Shown here: in pieces, positions 20,639-31,704 of the stretch | Position numbering within the stretch: position 1 is the stretch's first letter | How the letters are laid out: every line of letters begins with the position of its first letter | Assembly (NCBI GenBank): GCA_964587855.1 | Contig: CAZPLT010000002.1 | Coordinates: 6,676-70,675 of the forward strand | Origin: an uncultured Muribaculaceae bacterium | GTDB taxonomy: Bacteria; Pseudomonadota; Alphaproteobacteria; Rs-D84 | Length of the DNA stretch: 64,000 bases | Reading direction: 5' to 3' | The notes under the pieces: model-generated | The model's input: only the letters and a program-made list of their open reading frames with translations | Told to the model about the DNA's origin: nothing | The model's database searches: none | Translations under genes and position numbers: made by a program

Positions 20639-21460
20639 ATGAGAAAAATATTTATGCTTTTTGCTTTCTGTTTAATACCATGTGCGCTGAATGCTGCCAG
20701 TGTTATTGCAACAATAAATGGAACACCAATAACTGATGCGGATATTGTGGCACGGGTAAAATTAATGACTGCCCAGGGACATAATTATACAGATAATCGC
20801 AAACGCGCCCTGAATAATATTATAGATGACAGCGTAAAAATAAAATATGCTGAAAATTTTAAAATTACCCCGACAGATGATGAAGTAAATAAGCAATTAA
20901 AACAGATGAATATGACAAGTTTATCTGGGACAGAACGTGAAATGGCAAAATCTGCAATCAAGGCAGATATAGCGTGGCAAATTGTAATTGCGCGCACAAT
21001 AATGCCAACCATAGCCGTTAATAAAGAGGAAATAGCAAGCGAAACAGCAGAACTTGAACGTGCCAAAGGTTTGCCTTTAGAAATAACCTTTATTCGTTTA
21101 TTAAATATACCAGAATCTGTTGCAAAAAGTTTGACTGTACCCAAAGATTGTGATGATGCAATGCATATAGCCGAGAACTTGGGTGGTGCACCACAGAAGT
21201 TAACTGCCCCACAATACGAGTTATCTGATGATATTCGTGAACGTATGGCTGGTCTAGATTTATTAAAATGGTCATCGCGCCAAGATGATTCGGTTATTTT
21301 AATTTGTAATAAAAAAAGAATGAAAGATTATGCTCAATTGGATAACATTTTGGAACGTAATGCAGTATGGAAAAAAGCAATGTTCCAAGGAGATCAGCAA
21401 TTAAAACAATTACGTAGAAAAGCAGTTGTTGTAATTATGGATGATAAATACAAAATCTAA
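20639..21460 (+). CDS. SurA N-terminal domain periplasmic chaperone-like protein
   Basis: Signal peptide and position after lptD. It is short (273 aa) and has no obvious PPIase domain. Confidence 0.6.
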   Translation: MRKIFMLFAFCLIPCALNAASVIATINGTPITDADIVARVKLMTAQGHNYTDNRKRALNNIIDDSVKIKYAENFKITPTDDEVNKQLKQMNMTSLSGTEREMAKSAIKADIAWQIVIARTIMPTIAVNKEEIASETAELERAKGLPLEITFIRLLNIPESVAKSLTVPKDCDDAMHIAENLGGAPQKLTAPQYELSDDIRERMAGLDLLKWSSRQDDSVILICNKKRMKDYAQLDNILERNAVWKKAMFQGDQQLKQLRRKAVVVIMDDKYKI

Positions 21461-22521
21461 TGAAACAGGTCCTTTTTAATCTTACAAAACCAGAACTAGA
21501 AAAATTCGTAACGGATTTAGGGCAATCAAAATTTCGCGCGAAACAAATAACTGAATGGTTAAATCGCGGTGCGCCAGATTTTTCCGTGATGAAAAATTTG
21601 CCAGAATCGCTGCGGATGCAGCTGGACAAGGGCTCAGCCACCCTGCCCTGTGAAATTGTTCAAAAATTAGAATCATCAGACGGGCAAACAACTAAATTTT
21701 TGTTAAAATTAAATGATAATGAATTGATAGAATCGGTTTTAATGCGAACCAGCTATGGAAACAGTGTTTGTGTTTCCAGTCAGGTTGGTTGTGCCATGGG
21801 TTGCAAATTTTGTGCCAGCACGTTACTGGGACTGAAAAGAAATTTGACCGTAAATGAAATGATGGCCCAGGTTTTGGTTGCTCAATGGGCACTTCGTGGG
21901 GACACTGGAAATTCGCGTGCAAATGGCGATCCAAATAATAATGATGTGTCTCATTTAGTTGTTATGGGCACGGGCGAACCATTACAAAATTTAGAAAACC
22001 TAAAGGGCTTTTTGGAACGTGTAAATTCTGAATTAAATATAGGTTGGCGTCGTATAACCGTTTCAACCTGTGGCATAGTTCCTGGTATAAACGAGCTTAC
22101 TAAATGGGGCAAGCCTATAAATCTGGCTATTTCATTACACGCCGCTGTCAGCAGCATGCGCAGCGAATTGATGCCTAGTAATAAAATGTATGATTTAACC
22201 GAAGTTTTAGATGCGTCTTTTGGGTTTTCAGAAAAAACAGGTCGTCAATTGATGATAGAATATATTTTATTGGGCGGAAAAAATGATTCTGAACAAGATG
22301 CAAAAGATTTAATTGCTCTATTACACGGTAAAAATTGTATGGTGAATATAATTCCATGGAACGCGGTATCTGAACGTGACTTTATTGCCCCCAGTGGAAA
22401 TACAGTTCATAAATTCCAAGACGTATTATTAAAAAATGGCATCCATGCACGAATTCGCCGGGAACGTGGCGCTGATATTGGCAGTGCTTGCGGACAATTA
22501 CGTATAAATAATAACGTATAA
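21460..22521 (+). CDS. rlmN: 23S rRNA/tRNA m2A methyltransferase RlmN (radical SAM)
   Basis: CVSSQVGCAMGCKFCAS radical SAM motif; 353 aa. Confidence 0.9.
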   Translation: MKQVLFNLTKPELEKFVTDLGQSKFRAKQITEWLNRGAPDFSVMKNLPESLRMQLDKGSATLPCEIVQKLESSDGQTTKFLLKLNDNELIESVLMRTSYGNSVCVSSQVGCAMGCKFCASTLLGLKRNLTVNEMMAQVLVAQWALRGDTGNSRANGDPNNNDVSHLVVMGTGEPLQNLENLKGFLERVNSELNIGWRRITVSTCGIVPGINELTKWGKPINLAISLHAAVSSMRSELMPSNKMYDLTEVLDASFGFSEKTGRQLMIEYILLGGKNDSEQDAKDLIALLHGKNCMVNIIPWNAVSERDFIAPSGNTVHKFQDVLLKNGIHARIRRERGADIGSACGQLRINNNV

Positions 22522-22613
22522 TCAATAAGTTATAAGTTATTTCGCACGAAATGATTTTAGCCTTGCCCGAATCGTTGGATTCGGGTATTTTTGCGTGGTA
22601 AAGGAAACAGGAA

Positions 22614-23399
22614 ATGGCAAAAATTATCGCATTTGCAAATCAAAAAGGCGGTGTTGGTAAAACAACGACCGCTATAAATATTGGGGCATCGCTTGCTGCA
22701 ATAAAACGCCGGGTTTTGTTGGTAGATCTGGACGCTCAGGGAAACGCTGGGACGGGGCTTGGGTTTGTTCGTGCTTCGCATCCACAAAGTGTTCATGGTG
22801 TAATTATGGGAACAGATACAGCAGCAAATAATATACTTTCTACTGCTATCCCAAATATGCATATTTTGCCCAGCAGTCAGCAATTGTCCGGCGCAGAAGT
22901 AGAATTGTTGGATATGGATAATCGTGAATATCGCTTGCGTGATGCTTTGGCACCAATTGTAGAGCATTATGACTATATTTTGCTGGATTGTCCCCCTGCT
23001 CTGGGATTTTTGACATTAAATGCGTTGACTACAGCTGATTCTTTAATTATTCCATTACAGTGTGAATTCTTTGCGTTAGAAGGTGTGCAAAGTTTGATGA
23101 ATACTGTGAATGAAATTCAGAAAAAATGGAATTCAAATCTGGATATTTTGGGTATTGTTTTAACAATGTATGACCGTCGTTATGGCTTGACCAAAGCTGT
23201 AGAAGAAGACGTTCGTGGAACATTCGGTGACAAGGTATTTAAAACTGTAGTTCCCAGAAATGTCAGAATTTCAGAGGCTCCCAGCCATGGGAAACCTGCC
23301 CTGTTCTATGATTTTAATTCATCTGGTGCCCAGGCTTATTTACGTCTGGCGACCGAGGTTGTAAATGCCTGTGGCGACAAAGGAGAAATAAATGTCTAA
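22614..23399 (+). CDS. parA: Chromosome partitioning ATPase ParA
   Basis: KGGVGKTTTAINIG deviant Walker A. Confidence 0.95.
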   Translation: MAKIIAFANQKGGVGKTTTAINIGASLAAIKRRVLLVDLDAQGNAGTGLGFVRASHPQSVHGVIMGTDTAANNILSTAIPNMHILPSSQQLSGAEVELLDMDNREYRLRDALAPIVEHYDYILLDCPPALGFLTLNALTTADSLIIPLQCEFFALEGVQSLMNTVNEIQKKWNSNLDILGIVLTMYDRRYGLTKAVEEDVRGTFGDKVFKTVVPRNVRISEAPSHGKPALFYDFNSSGAQAYLRLATEVVNACGDKGEINV

Positions 23400-24264
23400 A
23401 TTTGGATTGGGCCGCGGACTAGCGGATTTGCAAAAAGAAATGGGTACAATGCCTGAAATCTCAGTATTGTCTGGTGCCGAACGTGTTGCTGTTCGACATA
23501 TTCCAATTGTAGCAATTGAATCAAACCCAGATCAGCCCAGGAAATATTTTGCCCCCCAGGAATTAGAAGAATTGGCGAATTCCATACGCGAAAAGGGTGT
23601 TTTGCAACCAATTTTGGTACGAAGTGTTACCGGAAAATCGAATCAGTATGAAATTATTGCTGGGGAACGTCGGTGGCGTGCCAGTAAAATAGCTGGGCTG
23701 GCTGAAATACCAGCATTGGTAAAAAATCTGGATGAAAACAGCGCAGCAGAAATTGCATTAATCGAAAACGTTCAACGTTCTGATTTGAACGCTATCGAAG
23801 AAGCAGCTGCATATGATAATTTAATGAAAAAAGCCGGCTATTCTCACGAGGATGTATCCAGATTAATCGGCAAGTCAGTCAGTTATTTGCGAAATATTTT
23901 GCGTTTATCGGCATTACCAGAATCAATCAAACAAATGGTAATTGATGGGCAATTGTCCGCTACACATGCAAGAACGTTGGCCGTCGCAGAAAATCCTGAA
24001 GCATTAGCAAAGAAAATACTTGCTGGAAATTTATCTGTTAAAGATACAGAGGATCTAGTAAAAAAAGCACAGAGAAGTAAAAAGAGCCGGTCTTTTTCTG
24101 GGAATCCTCAAAATACGCCTGAAATTCAAGAGTTTGAAAAGCAAATCAAGAAAAACACAGGTATCGTTGCAAAAATAAAATTAAAAAGAAACGGGGCGGG
24201 TCAATTAATTTTGAGTTTTACAAACCATAATGAACTTGAAAAAATCATAGGAAAATTACAATGA
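23392..24264 (+). CDS. parB: Chromosome partitioning protein ParB
   Basis: ParB N-terminal box (EIIAGERRWRA) and HTH domain. Confidence 0.95.
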   Translation: MSKFGLGRGLADLQKEMGTMPEISVLSGAERVAVRHIPIVAIESNPDQPRKYFAPQELEELANSIREKGVLQPILVRSVTGKSNQYEIIAGERRWRASKIAGLAEIPALVKNLDENSAAEIALIENVQRSDLNAIEEAAAYDNLMKKAGYSHEDVSRLIGKSVSYLRNILRLSALPESIKQMVIDGQLSATHARTLAVAENPEALAKKILAGNLSVKDTEDLVKKAQRSKKSRSFSGNPQNTPEIQEFEKQIKKNTGIVAKIKLKRNGAGQLILSFTNHNELEKIIGKLQ

Positions 24265-25163
24265 AAATTGGGATAATTGGTGCGGGCGCGTGGGGAACCG
24301 CTTTGGCAAACATCGCTGCCCATTCTGGGAACCAGGTTGTTATATGGGCATACGATGATAAAGACGAAATTAATCAAAAACACCGGAATTCCAGGTTACC
24401 TGGGGTTGTTATTTCTCATGAAATAACAGCAACAGATAAAATTTCCGATATTTCTGATACTGATGGGTGGTTAATAGTAACTCCAACAGAATTTTTTAAG
24501 GATATGGTTAAAAAAAGCCGGCCTTTTTGGAATAATCAACCGATAATTATTTGCTCTAAAGGGATAGAACCAAAATCGGATCAATTATTATCAGATGTCG
24601 TGAGTGAAATTATACCAGGGTCGGATAAATATATAGGTGTATTATCTGGACCACAATTCGCAGGAGAAGCTGCCAGAGGAAAACCAACCGGCAGCACCAT
24701 CGCAGGAACCGCGAAAGTTAGGGCTTTTGCACATAAAGCATTAAATAGTATTTATTTAGAAGACACATCTGATGTTAATGGTGTTCAAATATGTGGCGCT
24801 GGGAAAAATGCTATAGCTATACTGTTGGGATATTTGGACGGCATAGGCGCTGGGGAAAACGAAAGAGCTTTGATCCTGACCTTGGCTTGGCGTGAAATTA
24901 TTCAATTTGGCCGGCTTTTCGGGGCAAAGATTGATACGTTTAATATGCTTTGTGGGGTAGGGGATTTGTTCCTTACTGCGTCTAGTAAAACCAGTAGAAA
25001 TTATTCGGCAGGTATCTCAATCGCAAAAAAAGAAAAATTGTCTGGTACGATTGAGGGGCTGGCAGCATTAAAATGGATCATAAAAATATCCAGATCAAAT
25101 AAATTGAATTTACAAAATTTAGAAAATTTTTATAAATTAAATTCATCTTTTTTAAAGGAATAA
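24261..25163 (+). CDS. gpsA: NAD(P)H-dependent glycerol-3-phosphate dehydrogenase
   Basis: GAGAWGTALA Rossmann motif and GpsA similarity. Confidence 0.85.
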   Translation: MKIGIIGAGAWGTALANIAAHSGNQVVIWAYDDKDEINQKHRNSRLPGVVISHEITATDKISDISDTDGWLIVTPTEFFKDMVKKSRPFWNNQPIIICSKGIEPKSDQLLSDVVSEIIPGSDKYIGVLSGPQFAGEAARGKPTGSTIAGTAKVRAFAHKALNSIYLEDTSDVNGVQICGAGKNAIAILLGYLDGIGAGENERALILTLAWREIIQFGRLFGAKIDTFNMLCGVGDLFLTASSKTSRNYSAGISIAKKEKLSGTIEGLAALKWIIKISRSNKLNLQNLENFYKLNSSFLKE

Positions 25164-25314
25164 TATTTCATAGTTTTTAATTATTTTTATATTAAATAAT
25201 GAAAATAATTAGTATGAAATTTTGTTGGTTTAAGACATAAAAAAAGTAATTTATTTGTAACTTTTTTAAAGTAAAAAGCACTTTTTATGTGTAAATTATG
25301 TTTTTATTCTGAAT

Positions 25315-25902
25315 TTATTTACGTCGTAGCTTGATATGGTCAATTTTTACGATAAAACCATCCCCAGTTTTTGATGGGTAAAGCGTATAATTAAAATTAT
25401 ATTTTTCCTGCGCAGTAATAATTTCTTGTTGGATTCCTGAGCCTTTTAATAAATAGGCCGAAGATGCAGACGCGGCAATGTAATCCAGTATATTTATCAG
25501 CGGCGCAAACGCCCTGGCGGTAAAAATAATTGCCTTTCTGTCGCTATTTGGCATCTGTTTCAGGTAGTTTTCAACCCTGTTATTTACAATTTTCAAGTTT
25601 TGTAAGTCTAATTTTGATTTCACTTCTTCTAGAAAACTTGCTTTTTTATGAATCGATTCGATTGCGATAACTTTCCATCCCAAAATTGCCAAAACAACAG
25701 CAGGGAATCCAGCCCCGCTACCCATGTCTAGAACAGTCATATTTTTTGGTAAATAATCTGCCAATTGAGCGGAATCATCTATGTGCCGTCTTTGCACATC
25801 GTTTAATGTGCTGGGGGCGACCAAGTTCATTTTTGTTTGCCATGTTCGCAGAATCTGCGAATACAGGTCAAATTTATCTTGTATTTGGGTTGGGTATTTC
25901 AT
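25315..25902 (-). CDS. rsmG: 16S rRNA m7G527 methyltransferase RsmG (GidB)
   Basis: VLDMGSGAGFPAVVLAI SAM-binding motif. Confidence 0.9.
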   Translation of the reverse strand: MKYPTQIQDKFDLYSQILRTWQTKMNLVAPSTLNDVQRRHIDDSAQLADYLPKNMTVLDMGSGAGFPAVVLAILGWKVIAIESIHKKASFLEEVKSKLDLQNLKIVNNRVENYLKQMPNSDRKAIIFTARAFAPLINILDYIAASASSAYLLKGSGIQQEIITAQEKYNFNYTLYPSKTGDGFIVKIDHIKLRRK

Positions 25903-25916
25903 AAACTGATTATACT

Positions 25917-27560
25917 ATGAAAAAAGTAAGAAACAAAAAAAATTCGTTTATTATTGGGGGCTCTCTGTTATTAGGGGGGCTGACAGTTCTGGGAATGGTT
26001 ATATGGTGGCAACTGTATAACAGCCATAATTCTAAATCTTATGTATACCCAGAAAGCAAATTTGGAAATTATCTGGCGATAAAGCATGCCATTTGGATTG
26101 ATGATTATGATTCTGTAATCAAATTTTCAGAGATTTTAAAAGATTCCGATATTAAACCAGTCAAGGTTGATGTGGCTATAGGGCAATTTTTGGCTGGGAA
26201 CTTTGATTATTCTGGTAAAGCATTGGAAAAAGAAAGCACTTTACCTGCCCGAATCACCAGTATAGCATATTTGATAAAAAAAGATGATTGGAAGGGCGTT
26301 TACAGTATTGTTGCCAAAGATAATTCTCAAATTTTGGCTCCAGTGCGAATCTGGGCAGCGGTTGCAGTTGGGAAAGAATCCGAGGCACTTAAATTTATAA
26401 AGAAAACAAATGCATCCGAAAGTTGGAAAATATTTGCGCGTGGTATGGTTTATGCTGAAATTAAAAAGCCAGCCAAAGCCAAAGAATATTTTGATAAAGT
26501 TCCACTAGATTTCTTTAATTTGAACGATTATTTGTATGTGAAATCTTTTTATGAAAAAAATGGGTTTAGTAAAGCAGCCGAGGAATTATACCAAGATTTT
26601 TCTGAAACCCCAGGCGGAGCGTTTGCAAGTTCATATAAAGCAGATTATTCCGAGTTTACAGGTCTAAAGAAAGCGCTTTGTTTTGGATTGGTTCAAAATG
26701 TTTCTCATACTCCATCAATGTCTTATTCTGGAGCGGCACTTATGTTGATGCGCTTGGCGCAATCGATGGGTGGTGACAGTGATGCAATAAATTATTATTT
26801 GGGTATGTATTTTTATATTGCCGGATCTGATGAATATACCGAGTATTTTTCAAAAATAGATTCAACCAGTCCTTATCGTCTATTTGTAATGATGAAAGAA
26901 GCTGAAAAAGCCGGAAAATTTGATAAATCACGTTCTATTTTAAATAAAGTGCTTGAGAAAAATCCTTACTTTATTCCAGCATTGCAAAAATTAGTAGCGA
27001 TGAATTTACAAAAAGGCCGGTATAATGATGCATTAGATGCCGTAAATAAAGTATTAAAAATGCCGGGATTGTCCCAGGAAGGCTTTGAAAAAGTAAAATC
27101 ATATTTATTGCTTGTTCGTGCGCGAATTTATATGGCCGATTCAAAATTTGATAATGCCCAAGATGATGTTTTAAAAGCTGGCGATTTAACAAAAAGCAAT
27201 CCCGAAGTTTTATTAAATATGGCAAAAATATGGGCAGCCAAGAAAGAACATTTGGATAACGCGTATTTATATGTAACGGCCGTTATAAAAGATTCTCCGT
27301 CAAATATAGATGCTTTGGATACATTGGCAATGGTTGTTTGGGCCAAAGAAGGAGCGTCCGCCGCATCAGAGGTTTTAGAGCGAGTAGGGCGAGTAGCCGA
27401 TGAAAATTCTGCATTGTTTCAACATTTGGGGGATGCCAGAACAGAATTAGGGGATAAAAAAGGCGCAATAGAAGCATATCAGCATGCGTTGATTTTATCT
27501 GGCGATGGATTGTCCTGTAATGAAAGATGTTTAGAAAAGAAGATTAAACGACTAAAATAA
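25917..27560 (+). CDS. Membrane-anchored tetratricopeptide repeat protein
   Basis: N-terminal TM segment followed by multiple TPR-like repeats; 547 aa. Confidence 0.7.
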   Translation: MKKVRNKKNSFIIGGSLLLGGLTVLGMVIWWQLYNSHNSKSYVYPESKFGNYLAIKHAIWIDDYDSVIKFSEILKDSDIKPVKVDVAIGQFLAGNFDYSGKALEKESTLPARITSIAYLIKKDDWKGVYSIVAKDNSQILAPVRIWAAVAVGKESEALKFIKKTNASESWKIFARGMVYAEIKKPAKAKEYFDKVPLDFFNLNDYLYVKSFYEKNGFSKAAEELYQDFSETPGGAFASSYKADYSEFTGLKKALCFGLVQNVSHTPSMSYSGAALMLMRLAQSMGGDSDAINYYLGMYFYIAGSDEYTEYFSKIDSTSPYRLFVMMKEAEKAGKFDKSRSILNKVLEKNPYFIPALQKLVAMNLQKGRYNDALDAVNKVLKMPGLSQEGFEKVKSYLLLVRARIYMADSKFDNAQDDVLKAGDLTKSNPEVLLNMAKIWAAKKEHLDNAYLYVTAVIKDSPSNIDALDTLAMVVWAKEGASAASEVLERVGRVADENSALFQHLGDARTELGDKKGAIEAYQHALILSGDGLSCNERCLEKKIKRLK

Positions 27561-27599
27561 TTTGCAATTATTTATCAGTTTGTTATAATCTCATCCGCT

Positions 27600-27677
27600 G
27601 GACGCGTAGCTCAGTTGGTTAGAGTATCTCCTTGACATGGAGGGGGTCGGAAGTTCGAGTCTTCTCGCGTCCACCAG
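27600..27677 (+). tRNA. tRNA-Val (anticodon GAC)
   Basis: GGACGCGTAGCTCAGTTGGTTAGAG..CCTTGACATGG..GGTTCGAGTC..CGCGTCCACCA. It closely resembles canonical bacterial tRNA-Val(GAC). Confidence 0.9.
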
Positions 27678-27777
27678 GATTTGTAAAATGAAACGAATGA
27701 AAATATAATCTTATCAAGCATTAACGGGAATTTTAGGCGCCCCGTTGGCGCCTATTTTTATAAAAAGCGAGAAAAAT

Positions 27778-29781
27778 ATGAGTAAAAAATACCTTATTAC
27801 CAGTGCATTACCTTATGTAAATGCTGTACCACATATTGGAAATTTTATAGGCAGTGTTTTACCAGCGGATGTTTATGCCAGATTTGCTCGCGCTCGTTAT
27901 GGCGCAGAAAATGTTTTATTTGTATGTGGTGCGGATGCACACGGCAGCCCGATAATTATCAGTGCAAAAAAAGAAAATATGCCAGTTGCGGATCTGGTAA
28001 AAAAATATCATTCATTACACGCCAAAATTTTTAATGATTTTAATGTGTCTTTTGATGGTGGATATGGGACAACACATACACCAGAACAGACAGAATTAGT
28101 TCATGAATTATTTAATTCTTTAGAAAAAAATGGCTTTGTAGAAGAAAAAACAACAATCCAACCTTATTCTGTAGACGATGAAATGTTTTTAGCAGACAGA
28201 CAGATAGAGGGAACTTGTCCAAAATGCGGACACGAGAAAGCTCGTGGTGATCAGTGTGATAAATGTGGTGAATTGTTGGATCCGGCAGATTTAATAAATC
28301 CTTATGTAGCAGAAAGCGGCAGTCGTAATATTGAAATGCGCGAAACAAAAAATCTGTTTTATCGCGCAGACAAGGTTAAAGCAGATGTTGAAAAGTGGTT
28401 TAACAAAACCGCTGAAAAAAATGGTTGGTCAAAATATGCAATTGGCGCAACAAAGAAATATTTAAGTGAAGATATTCCAAATCCATCAATTACACGTGAT
28501 TTGCCATGGGGGATACCGGTGAACAAACCAGGATACGAAGACAAAGTGTTTTATGTATGGTTTGATGCGCCATGGGGATATATTTCTATATCACAAAATG
28601 CAAATAAAAAGTGGGCAGATTGGTGGCATGGTGGCGAAAATTGCCATTACGTGCAATTTATGGGTAAAGATAATATTAAATTCCACTCTTTATTTTTTCC
28701 AGGCCAGGAATTTGCTTGGGCAGATGGTAATTGGAAGAAAGTTGATGTATTAAAAGGGTTCAGTTTTTTAAATTTTGAAGGCGATAAAATTTCTAAATCT
28801 GCAAATCATGGAATCTTTCTGGACCAAGCCATATCTGATGCGCCGGCGGATTGCTGGCGGTATGCTTTGATGTCATCTGCACCCGAAACAGACGATACAG
28901 ATTTCACAATCCAACGCTTTGCCGATATCGTTAATAAAGACCTGAACGGGATGTTGGGCAATTTTGTGTCACGCGTTTGCAAAATTACAGAAAAGAATTT
29001 TGGATTGAAAATTCCAAAATTTGAAAAAGGATTTGAAACGCCAATTGAAAAGATGAATGAGCTTTTGCATGAATTAACATCTGCGCTGGATGCTTGTGAA
29101 TTTCGTAAATCCATAGTTGCATTGCGTTCTATGTGGGCCATTGCCAATGAATATATGAGTGAAAAAGAGCCATGGGCATTGGTAAAAAACGGAAACTTAT
29201 CCGATGCGGGTGCGGTATTAAATGAATGTTTTCAAATGATAGACTTTTTTGCCCGCGTTTCAGCGCCGTTTATTCCAGATGCCGCGGCAAAGATTCAATC
29301 AGTATTTACAGTCAAAAGAGATTTGTCTTGGCCAAAAGAATTTGAATGGCGCATAAATGACGGGGAAGGCTTTATCGTCCCAGAAAATCTGTTTTCACGT
29401 ATAGATGACGATAAAATCGCTGCTATGACTGAAAAATATGTTAAAAAAGCGCCAAAAATTGTAATCGCAAAGATTTTGACGGCAACGCCACATCCAGACA
29501 GCGACCATTTACAAGTCTTGTCAGTGGATGCGGGGCAGGGTGCACCACTGGAAATCGTATGTGGTGCGCCAAATGCGCGTGCCGGTTTGGTTTCTGTTTT
29601 GGCAATGGTTGGGGCAAAATTGCCCGCGTTTGATGCGCCACTGGCCGCGCGCAAGGTTCGTGGAGTTCTGTCAAACGGCATGATGTGCGCCGCAGATGAA
29701 TTGGGTATCAGCAATGATCATGATGGCATAATTGAATTGCCCGATGATTCCGTAATTGGCGCAGAATTTAAAATAAAATAA
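27778..29781 (+). CDS. metG: Methionyl-tRNA synthetase with C-terminal tRNA-binding domain
   Basis: HIGN class I motif (PYVNAVPHIGN), zinc knuckle CPKCG..CDKCG, KMSKS-like KISKS. Confidence 0.95.
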   Translation: MSKKYLITSALPYVNAVPHIGNFIGSVLPADVYARFARARYGAENVLFVCGADAHGSPIIISAKKENMPVADLVKKYHSLHAKIFNDFNVSFDGGYGTTHTPEQTELVHELFNSLEKNGFVEEKTTIQPYSVDDEMFLADRQIEGTCPKCGHEKARGDQCDKCGELLDPADLINPYVAESGSRNIEMRETKNLFYRADKVKADVEKWFNKTAEKNGWSKYAIGATKKYLSEDIPNPSITRDLPWGIPVNKPGYEDKVFYVWFDAPWGYISISQNANKKWADWWHGGENCHYVQFMGKDNIKFHSLFFPGQEFAWADGNWKKVDVLKGFSFLNFEGDKISKSANHGIFLDQAISDAPADCWRYALMSSAPETDDTDFTIQRFADIVNKDLNGMLGNFVSRVCKITEKNFGLKIPKFEKGFETPIEKMNELLHELTSALDACEFRKSIVALRSMWAIANEYMSEKEPWALVKNGNLSDAGAVLNECFQMIDFFARVSAPFIPDAAAKIQSVFTVKRDLSWPKEFEWRINDGEGFIVPENLFSRIDDDKIAAMTEKYVKKAPKIVIAKILTATPHPDSDHLQVLSVDAGQGAPLEIVCGAPNARAGLVSVLAMVGAKLPAFDAPLAARKVRGVLSNGMMCAADELGISNDHDGIIELPDDSVIGAEFKIK

Positions 29782-30299
29782 TGAATCAGAAAGATAAAAT
29801 TGTTTTAATGTCTTGCTGTGCGCCATGTGCTTGTGGGGCTATTTTACAATTAAAAGAGCAGGGCGCTGATTTTATTGTTTTATTTTACAATCCAAATATA
29901 TTTCCAGAATCTGAATATCAAAAAAGACTGGCCGAGCAGATAAAATATTGCGAAAGTCTGGGCGTAAAATACCATGTTGGCGATTATAATCATAATGAAT
30001 GGTTAAACTGTGTTTGTGGTTTGGAATCCGAACCCGAGCAAGGTAAGCGTTGCACAGAATGTTTCAAAATGCGCTTTGTATGGGGTGCGCGTTGGGCATG
30101 CGATAACGGATATAATAAAATAATGTCAGTTTTTGGTGTTTCAAAACACAAAGACCAAGCCCAGGTGGATGCATCTGCATCTGAGCTTGGGCTGGAATAT
30201 GTTCCGTTTCAATGGGACGAGAAACTTCGTCAAAAAATAAATCATGAATCAGATTTTTACAGACAAAAATATTGTGGCTGTGAATTTAGTCAAAACTAG
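29781..30299 (+). CDS. queH: Epoxyqueuosine reductase QueH (DUF208)
   Basis: CCAPC motif and QueH-family Cys pattern; 172 aa. Confidence 0.85.
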   Translation: MNQKDKIVLMSCCAPCACGAILQLKEQGADFIVLFYNPNIFPESEYQKRLAEQIKYCESLGVKYHVGDYNHNEWLNCVCGLESEPEQGKRCTECFKMRFVWGARWACDNGYNKIMSVFGVSKHKDQAQVDASASELGLEYVPFQWDEKLRQKINHESDFYRQKYCGCEFSQN

Positions 30300-31636
30300 C
30301 TAAATGGATTTTCCGATTTTTTATATTCTATGAATATTGGTAATTGTTCCCAATCCATAGTTTTTGCAATTCCTTTGCGCAAATATCTGGTATAAGATTC
30401 GGGTACATCAGATGCCCCACCAACGTGAATCGCAATCTTTATCGGATTTGTTGAAATTTGTGTTACAAATTTGATTTTCATTGGACGTTTCAGACGTGAA
30501 AGCGGCGGTTGACGGGCCTCTATCAATTTTTCAATAGTACGATTGAGTAAAGATGTTGGTGCGCGGTCGGCCGTTTTATCATGCAATTCAAATACGCGTT
30601 TCATTAAATTTTTCATACCTGTTCCAATTTCGGCTGAAATTGGTAAAATCAAAGGTCGAATTATTTGATAAAATGAATTTTTAAATTGATGTTTTAATTT
30701 TAATAATTTGTCTTCGCGTTCTTCTGCCTCAACCAAGTCCCATTTGTTTAATGCAATTGCCAATATTTTACCAGCGTCATAAACACGTGCGGCAATTCCC
30801 AAGGTTTGCTTTTCAATATCACCAGTGGAATCTACAACCAAAATTACCACATCTGTTTTTTCCATCGCGTCCAAAGATTTTAATGCGGATAAAGTTTCCA
30901 ATCCATCTGTAATATTCGATTTTCTGCGCAGTCCAGCAGTATCATTGATTATAATATCCCGGTTCAGATATTTTGTTTTGATTTCAATAGTATCACGAGT
31001 AACACCAGGTTCATCACGAACAATTACACGTTTTTCACCCAAAATTTGATTTACAAAAGTTGATTTTCCAACATTTGGCTGTCCCATAATGGTTATGCGC
31101 AACTTTGAATTTGAAGATGTGGGAGTTTTAGTAATTGTTGATGGTTCTGTTTGTTTGATAAAATCATAAATTTTATCAAATCCTAGTTTATGTTCAGCAG
31201 ATATTGGGAAAGGTTCCCCAAATCCCAATTTATAAAATTCATGTATATCGTTAACACGTTTTGCAGATTCTGTTTTATTTGCTAATAAAAGTATTTGGGC
31301 GTTATTTTGTTTTTCTTTTCGTATGCGTTTTGCCCATTCTATATCTTTTGGTGTAATGCCAACACGACCATCCACAACGAATAAAATAACATCAGATAGT
31401 CGAACGGCGTTCAATGCAAACTCGGTTGATTGCTTTTCTATTTCATTACCTTTGGTTTCCAGACCGGCGGTGTCCATCAATTCAAATTCCAAATCCCCCA
31501 ATTTAGCATTGCCGGTTAAAACGTCACGTGTAACGCCGGGACGATCATGAACCAGCGCACTGCGCGAATGTGTCAGTGCATTAAACAATGTAGATTTTCC
31601 AGTATTTGGCCGGCCGGCTATTGCAACTTTTAACAT
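30296..31636 (-). CDS. der: Ribosome biogenesis GTPase Der (EngA)
   Basis: Two tandem GTPase domains with GRPNTGKS and GQPNVGKS P-loops and a C-terminal KH-like domain. Confidence 0.95.
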   Translation of the reverse strand: MLKVAIAGRPNTGKSTLFNALTHSRSALVHDRPGVTRDVLTGNAKLGDLEFELMDTAGLETKGNEIEKQSTEFALNAVRLSDVILFVVDGRVGITPKDIEWAKRIRKEKQNNAQILLLANKTESAKRVNDIHEFYKLGFGEPFPISAEHKLGFDKIYDFIKQTEPSTITKTPTSSNSKLRITIMGQPNVGKSTFVNQILGEKRVIVRDEPGVTRDTIEIKTKYLNRDIIINDTAGLRRKSNITDGLETLSALKSLDAMEKTDVVILVVDSTGDIEKQTLGIAARVYDAGKILAIALNKWDLVEAEEREDKLLKLKHQFKNSFYQIIRPLILPISAEIGTGMKNLMKRVFELHDKTADRAPTSLLNRTIEKLIEARQPPLSRLKRPMKIKFVTQISTNPIKIAIHVGGASDVPESYTRYLRKGIAKTMDWEQLPIFIEYKKSENPFS

Positions 31637-31704
31637 GTTTTTTCCTGTTGAAATATTTGTTTGTTGGCTTTATTATAGACATAAGAAGAAGAAAAGGCAA
31701 AAAA

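Noticed and set aside
25164-25314. AT-rich 150-bp gap between convergent gpsA and rsmG near parAB, considered as a possible oriC
   Set aside because: No clustered DnaA boxes (TTATCCACA-like) were seen. The genes are convergent here, so it is more likely just a terminator region.
27560-27777. Possible regulatory element around tRNA-Val(GAC)
   Set aside because: Only the tRNA itself is supported, and the flanks show no convincing hairpins or repeats.
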